Source: a bacterium (lineage in GTDB: Bacteria; Hinthialibacterota; Hinthialibacteria; Hinthialibacterales; Hinthialibacteraceae). Taken from it: a DNA stretch of 64,000 bases. Numbering within the stretch: the first letter of the stretch is position 1; each line of letters opens with the position of its first letter. A program made the translations under genes and the position numbers. The stretch lies in contig CAXXMV010000001.1 of NCBI GenBank assembly GCA_963662285.2, positions 384,001-448,000 on the forward strand, given 5' to 3'. Under the pieces are notes generated by a model. That model saw only the letters and a program-made list of their open reading frames with translations, did no database searches and was not told the DNA's origin. Positions 59,970 to 64,000 of this stretch are shown piece by piece.

Positions 59970-62249
59970 CTATTGAGTCTTGGACACACGAACCCCATAG
60001 TAGATGTTCCATATGACAGGGTCGTTGTAGCTACGATTCGCCGACCGCCAGTCTCCGACATCGTTGTACCAGCTACCGCCGCGAAAAACCCTTTTAGAGC
60101 CAGAATCCGCACCTACAGGGTCAATGTTTGGTGAATTGGAATAATAATTGCTATCATACCAATCCTGACACCACTCCCACACGTTGCCGCTCATGTCATA
60201 CAAGCCAAATTCATTTGGTAATTTCGTTCCTACTTCTTGAGTGTAGATATTTGATCCTGAATGGCTTGAATACCAGGCATAATCACCAATATTTCCATTT
60301 TCCCAATAATAATCTGTCGTTGTTCCCGCCCGGCAGGCATATTCCCATTCCGCTTCTGTGGGTAATCGGAATGTTCCATGATACATTTGATTCAGTTTAG
60401 TGATAAATTTCTCACAATCGTTCCATGATACGCTGTCCACAGGCAGATTATTCCCTCCAAAATGCGATGGATTGCTCCCCATCACGGCCTGCCATTGCGC
60501 TTGGGTAACCTCATATTTTCCCAGATAGAAATCTTTTGAAATTGTAACCTCATGAACTGGTTTTTCATCTGAATCTCCAGATTCACTTCCCATCATGAAA
60601 GTTCCCGCAGGTATTCGTACTAATTCCAGTGGTACATTTCCAGGCAACAGAACTGTTAATTCACTGGGGTTGTCAGGCGTCGGTGTGCTTGTTGGTGTTG
60701 GCGTACTTATGCTTGCAGGTGTATTTGTAGGTGTTATAGATGAAGGATTTAGAGCTACAGAAACACCATCTTTATATACTACCAGATCATCAACCACCAC
60801 CGATACATCAGCGCCTGGGCCGCCGAGTTGCACGAATGCGCTTATCGGGATATCGGGATTATTGGTGTTGAAATCACCGCCGATGATTAGCATTTCATCT
60901 TGTACGTCATTTATTGTCTTGATTTGGTCAGCGAATCTAAATATGCCGAGATTTTGGAAGCCGTTGGTTAAAACCAAGGCCATCATACCTCCGCCCGGCA
61001 TTGATTCCCGTTTGACGCTCACTTGACCCAACAGGCTAAATGGGAATTGGTCATAGATGCCTTGGCAGGTAGTTCCGATATTGGCGGCGATGTTGGAAGG
61101 CTCAATAGACATGCGCAAAGCAATATCGGTAATTGTTTCAAAAAATGGAATGACAGTTCCATCATCGTCATTAATATTAACCATAAGCGATTCCAAACCG
61201 CCTTCGAAATTACCATTAACTTCTAGTACGACTGGTTCAAAATCAACGATTGGCGCATAAGATTTGACCTCAATGTTATCCACCCAAACCGTAGACGATA
61301 TAGTTGAGAATGGTGAGTTCACCGCCTGAATGGCATACTGCACGTTGCCTGAAGGTGGAGCGAAAACAAGGTTGAATTTACGGTAATCATTAACCGGAAT
61401 TTCATCTCCTCTGACATTGGTATACCCGATCTGTCCATCAATCGGGCTATTCAAACCAACCAAAGCGATAGCCACATCTTTATTATCAGCACGAAAACTG
61501 CCGGATAAATGAACCAGTGACGGCATTTCAAATTCTTTGAATGAAGCAATGAAAACGCCCTGTCCCGGCGCCAGTTTTATCTCCATACCTATACCATCAG
61601 AACCCTCGCCTTCAGGTATCTCTCCAAGTTTAATCCGCCCTTGAGTATACCCCGCTGGCGCTCCTGCGGTGAGGTAATTATCTTCTAGAGTTTCGCCGTT
61701 AAGAGATGACCAAATTTCTGGTGTGGGGGTTAAGGTAGGAGTAGGCGTTGGAGTGGGAGGTATGTATGGTGTAGAACCATCAAATTCCATAATAAAACCA
61801 TATTTTCTTGTTTCTACTTGATCCGCCCAATATCCTTTATAAAAATAAGAAGGTAAATATGCTGTATTAGGTTCAATGTTAGACCAATTCGTATATTCAA
61901 ATGGTTCACCAGTAATCCATCCTCTTGTGGTTTCTCCTGGAATTTCTCCTAAACCCATCCAGGATATCTCACCATCAAGAATGGGTAAAAATGTAAGATT
62001 AATCCATTGCTGTTCTGTTTCACTTGTTACCGTGAATAAATATCCACCATGATTTTGACAATAACTTACTGCATCTATCCAGATTTTTAATTCGTTTACA
62101 TAGGTATAATAATGCCCATTATCTGGATTGAATTTCCAATCATAACCTTCAGGTAATACCGGTGTAGGCGTCGGTTGAGCTTTAACTGCATGGGTAAAAA
62201 GAAAAAGACTGACGAGAAAAACAGTGGTTAGAGTTATAGAACGTTTCAT
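59970..62249 (-). CDS. Secreted protein: C-type lectin domain + unknown central domain + C-terminal FGE-sulfatase (SUMF1) domain
   Basis: Signal peptide; W..A..YC...GGYL and EPN (C-type lectin); PT linkers; FMMGS, YEVTQAQW, RLPTEAEWEYACRAG, LYDMSGNVWEWC, RGGSW. Confidence 0.9.
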   Translation of the reverse strand: MKRSITLTTVFLVSLFLFTHAVKAQPTPTPVLPEGYDWKFNPDNGHYYTYVNELKIWIDAVSYCQNHGGYLFTVTSETEQQWINLTFLPILDGEISWMGLGEIPGETTRGWITGEPFEYTNWSNIEPNTAYLPSYFYKGYWADQVETRKYGFIMEFDGSTPYIPPTPTPTPTLTPTPEIWSSLNGETLEDNYLTAGAPAGYTQGRIKLGEIPEGEGSDGIGMEIKLAPGQGVFIASFKEFEMPSLVHLSGSFRADNKDVAIALVGLNSPIDGQIGYTNVRGDEIPVNDYRKFNLVFAPPSGNVQYAIQAVNSPFSTISSTVWVDNIEVKSYAPIVDFEPVVLEVNGNFEGGLESLMVNINDDDGTVIPFFETITDIALRMSIEPSNIAANIGTTCQGIYDQFPFSLLGQVSVKRESMPGGGMMALVLTNGFQNLGIFRFADQIKTINDVQDEMLIIGGDFNTNNPDIPISAFVQLGGPGADVSVVVDDLVVYKDGVSVALNPSSITPTNTPASISTPTPTSTPTPDNPSELTVLLPGNVPLELVRIPAGTFMMGSESGDSDEKPVHEVTISKDFYLGKYEVTQAQWQAVMGSNPSHFGGNNLPVDSVSWNDCEKFITKLNQMYHGTFRLPTEAEWEYACRAGTTTDYYWENGNIGDYAWYSSHSGSNIYTQEVGTKLPNEFGLYDMSGNVWEWCQDWYDSNYYSNSPNIDPVGADSGSKRVFRGGSWYNDVGDWRSANRSYNDPVIWNIYYGVRVSKTQ

Positions 62250-62413
62250 TTTATCCCCCTACTGGATGGTATAAATATAATATTCGTTACCTCAACATAA
62301 CTTGTCAATAGCAAATAGATCAAAAACGCAACATTTCTGCACATCTTAGACATACGTATAAATAAGTTATAAAGATTCTTCTAAACCTCATATCAAAAAT
62401 CAGGTTCAAATAA

Positions 62414-62451
62414 AAAACCCCTATCTCCCAAGTTGGGGGATAGGGGGTTTT
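62414..62451. terminator. Strong hairpin with A/T tails (terminator-like or REP-derived)
   Basis: AAAACCCCTATCTCCCAA-G-TTGGGGGATAGGGGGTTTT. Confidence 0.55.
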
Positions 62452-62546
62452 GGTTTTCGGGGGTGGTTTTTTGCATCCCGCCACAAAAGATAACATTGCA
62501 TCCCAATGCTTAGAGGTATAAAATACAGGTAAATGGAGATTTGGTT

Positions 62547-62786
62547 ATGCAAGTTATTATACCTCTTGATAAAATGACGGTGGCGGAGAAGCTTCAGGCT
62601 TTGGATGATATATGGAGCGACTTACAGAAGACGGCGGAAGAAGACATCCCTTCTCCCGCCTGGCACGCCAACGTGCTTAAATCACGGACAGACAGGGCGC
62701 AAGATGGAAAATCTAATTTTATTGACTGGCCTGATGCGCGGGCGCCAAGGGTAGTGTACTTTCTACCCTTGACGGACAACCTTTGA
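62547..62786 (+). pseudogene. Addiction module antitoxin-like protein, C-terminus replaced by an inserted element
   Basis: PLDKMTVAEKLQALDDIWSDL..IPSPAWH..L..R..G...FIDW matches the putative addiction module component pattern; the last ~15 codons come from the repeat; no toxin gene follows. Confidence 0.7.
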
Positions 62787-62920
62787 GAAACGAAATCAAT
62801 CCAATTATCGTGACGATGATCTAAATCATGATTCTATCTTCAGCGTGAATCCTTAGTGAAAATTCTGGGAATCATAGGTGACTCAATCAAGGGCAGAAAA
62901 TACACTGCCCTTGGCGCCCA
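62740..62920 (+). mobile_element. REPIN/MITE-like element copy 2
   Basis: Direct-orientation copy of 58595-58810 lacking 19 internal bp. Confidence 0.75.
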
Positions 62921-62949
62921 AGCGTGACCCACACTACGTGACTATAGGA

Positions 62950-64000
62950 TCAATTGTATAATTCCCAATCGCCAATAGTAGATTTTTTTTCAACCAAATC
63001 AACTTTAACTTTGATTTGGGTTGTTCCTGGTCCTGTGAAATTAAATGGATCACCACTATCCCAAGCGCAATAATAATGATTTCGGGTTGTTGTATCAAAA
63101 GTCCAATTTTGGGGTATCATATTGTTGCTGCTTACGCCTTCTCCGGTAACTCCGATATATACTCCATTAAGCCATGCAATCGCAGCATCATCACCAGCGA
63201 TTTTAATGGTTAATTCTGTTATCGAGTCGTAATCTTTGACGTCAAAAATCGAACGGGTATAAATAGTTTCTACAGTTGGATCAAGTAGAATATCAATTTT
63301 TCCTTCTTCTGTTTCTGTACCATACCCTATTGGGAATCCAAGATTAGCATCATTGTTCCATTGGCTGTCATCAAAATTCCGTAGACGCCAACCATATTCT
63401 TCTTGGCCATTTCCATTCTCAAAAAATACGGCTTTCCACCGAAATTCCGTGTCAGGAATCCATGTTCCTATATTTCCATCAACATATACAGCGCCATTGT
63501 TATCAAGCAATTCAGCCGATCCCACCAGATCACTGCTAGTATTACTTACGTTATATATACCAACCGATAGCACATTCCCTGTTTGATACAAAGGCGCGGT
63601 AATCTTCGCCTTTGTATGTGAAAGCATCCACGCATAAATATCTCCATTTAATTTTCTGTGAATATCACCCCAAATAAAGTGACCACCACTTTCTAAAACC
63701 GTGAATTTGACGTTACCACCCAGTTCACGAAGTGCGTTAACTGTATTTTCATCATAAGACAAAGGTACGGTAGGATCATCCTTGCTATGGAAAGCCCAAA
63801 CGGGAATATCTACGAGTTTCTCGATGGCCGCAGGGGGAGTACCCTTGAGATCAGAACTCATAAGCGACGACTCACCAGCTCCACAGATTGGAACCATAGC
63901 GGCAAAAATATCTGAATGTACGCTGGCGTAACTCCACGTACCAAAACCTCCCATGCTTTGTCCGGTTATGTAAATGCGACTGCGATCAATATACAAATTA
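62950..64000 (-). CDS. Alpha/beta hydrolase (esterase/peptidase) with C-terminal beta-sandwich domain; 5' end outside the window
   Basis: RIYITGQSMGGFGTW nucleophile elbow, PVWAFHSKDD, GGH; DDAAIAWLNG; frame open to the window edge. Confidence 0.85.
   Translation of the reverse strand, partial: NLYIDRSRIYITGQSMGGFGTWSYASVHSDIFAAMVPICGAGESSLMSSDLKGTPPAAIEKLVDIPVWAFHSKDDPTVPLSYDENTVNALRELGGNVKFTVLESGGHFIWGDIHRKLNGDIYAWMLSHTKAKITAPLYQTGNVLSVGIYNVSNTSSDLVGSAELLDNNGAVYVDGNIGTWIPDTEFRWKAVFFENGNGQEEYGWRLRNFDDSQWNNDANLGFPIGYGTETEEGKIDILLDPTVETIYTRSIFDVKDYDSITELTIKIAGDDAAIAWLNGVYIGVTGEGVSSNNMIPQNWTFDTTTRNHYYCAWDSGDPFNFTGPGTTQIKVKVDLVEKKSTIGDWELYN

Noticed and set aside
1-64000. CRISPR array or cas genes
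   Set aside because: No regularly spaced direct repeats with unique spacers and no Cas motifs were seen; the repeats are dispersed palindromes
1-64000. Reverse transcriptase or DGR template repeat within the window
   Set aside because: No ORF with RT motifs, and no second A-rich copy of 59970-60092 was noticed by eye

Overview
Bacterial chromosomal window (moderate GC, with AT-rich accessory patches). Housekeeping content: heme genes (hemA-hemE-hemN-hemG/Y), tRNA-His, purN, recN, and ilvBN-ilvC with a clear leader-peptide attenuator. It also carries many carbohydrate/secreted enzymes (four Gfo/Idh/MocA, a DegT aminotransferase, a ROK repressor, a sulfatase, FG-GAP, BNR and propeller proteins), signalling modules (ECF/anti-sigma, RR-PP2C-STAS, sigma54 activator, two duplicated sensor kinases), a RAYT transposase with flanking REPs, and at least four families of short palindromic repeats. 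Best candidates for something new: (1) an ORF-free, highly structured ~430-nt minus-strand RNA at ~30262-30696, with a sigma54-type promoter, activator-like sites and a terminator; (2) a C-type lectin/FGE protein whose last ~40 codons look like a DGR variable region, although no RT or template repeat is in the window; (3) a REPIN/MITE-like element whose two copies bracket a 4.3-kb cargo and truncate an addiction-module gene; (4) a tandem pair of unknown ~525-aa membrane-anchored paralogs; (5) twin kinases with conserved ends and different sensor middles; (6) a shared C-terminal Trp motif on two proteins. The protein style (PT linkers, terminal W motif) suggests an uncultured candidate-phylum organism such as OLB16/Hinthialibacterota; this is inference only. 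No database searches or folding programs were run.
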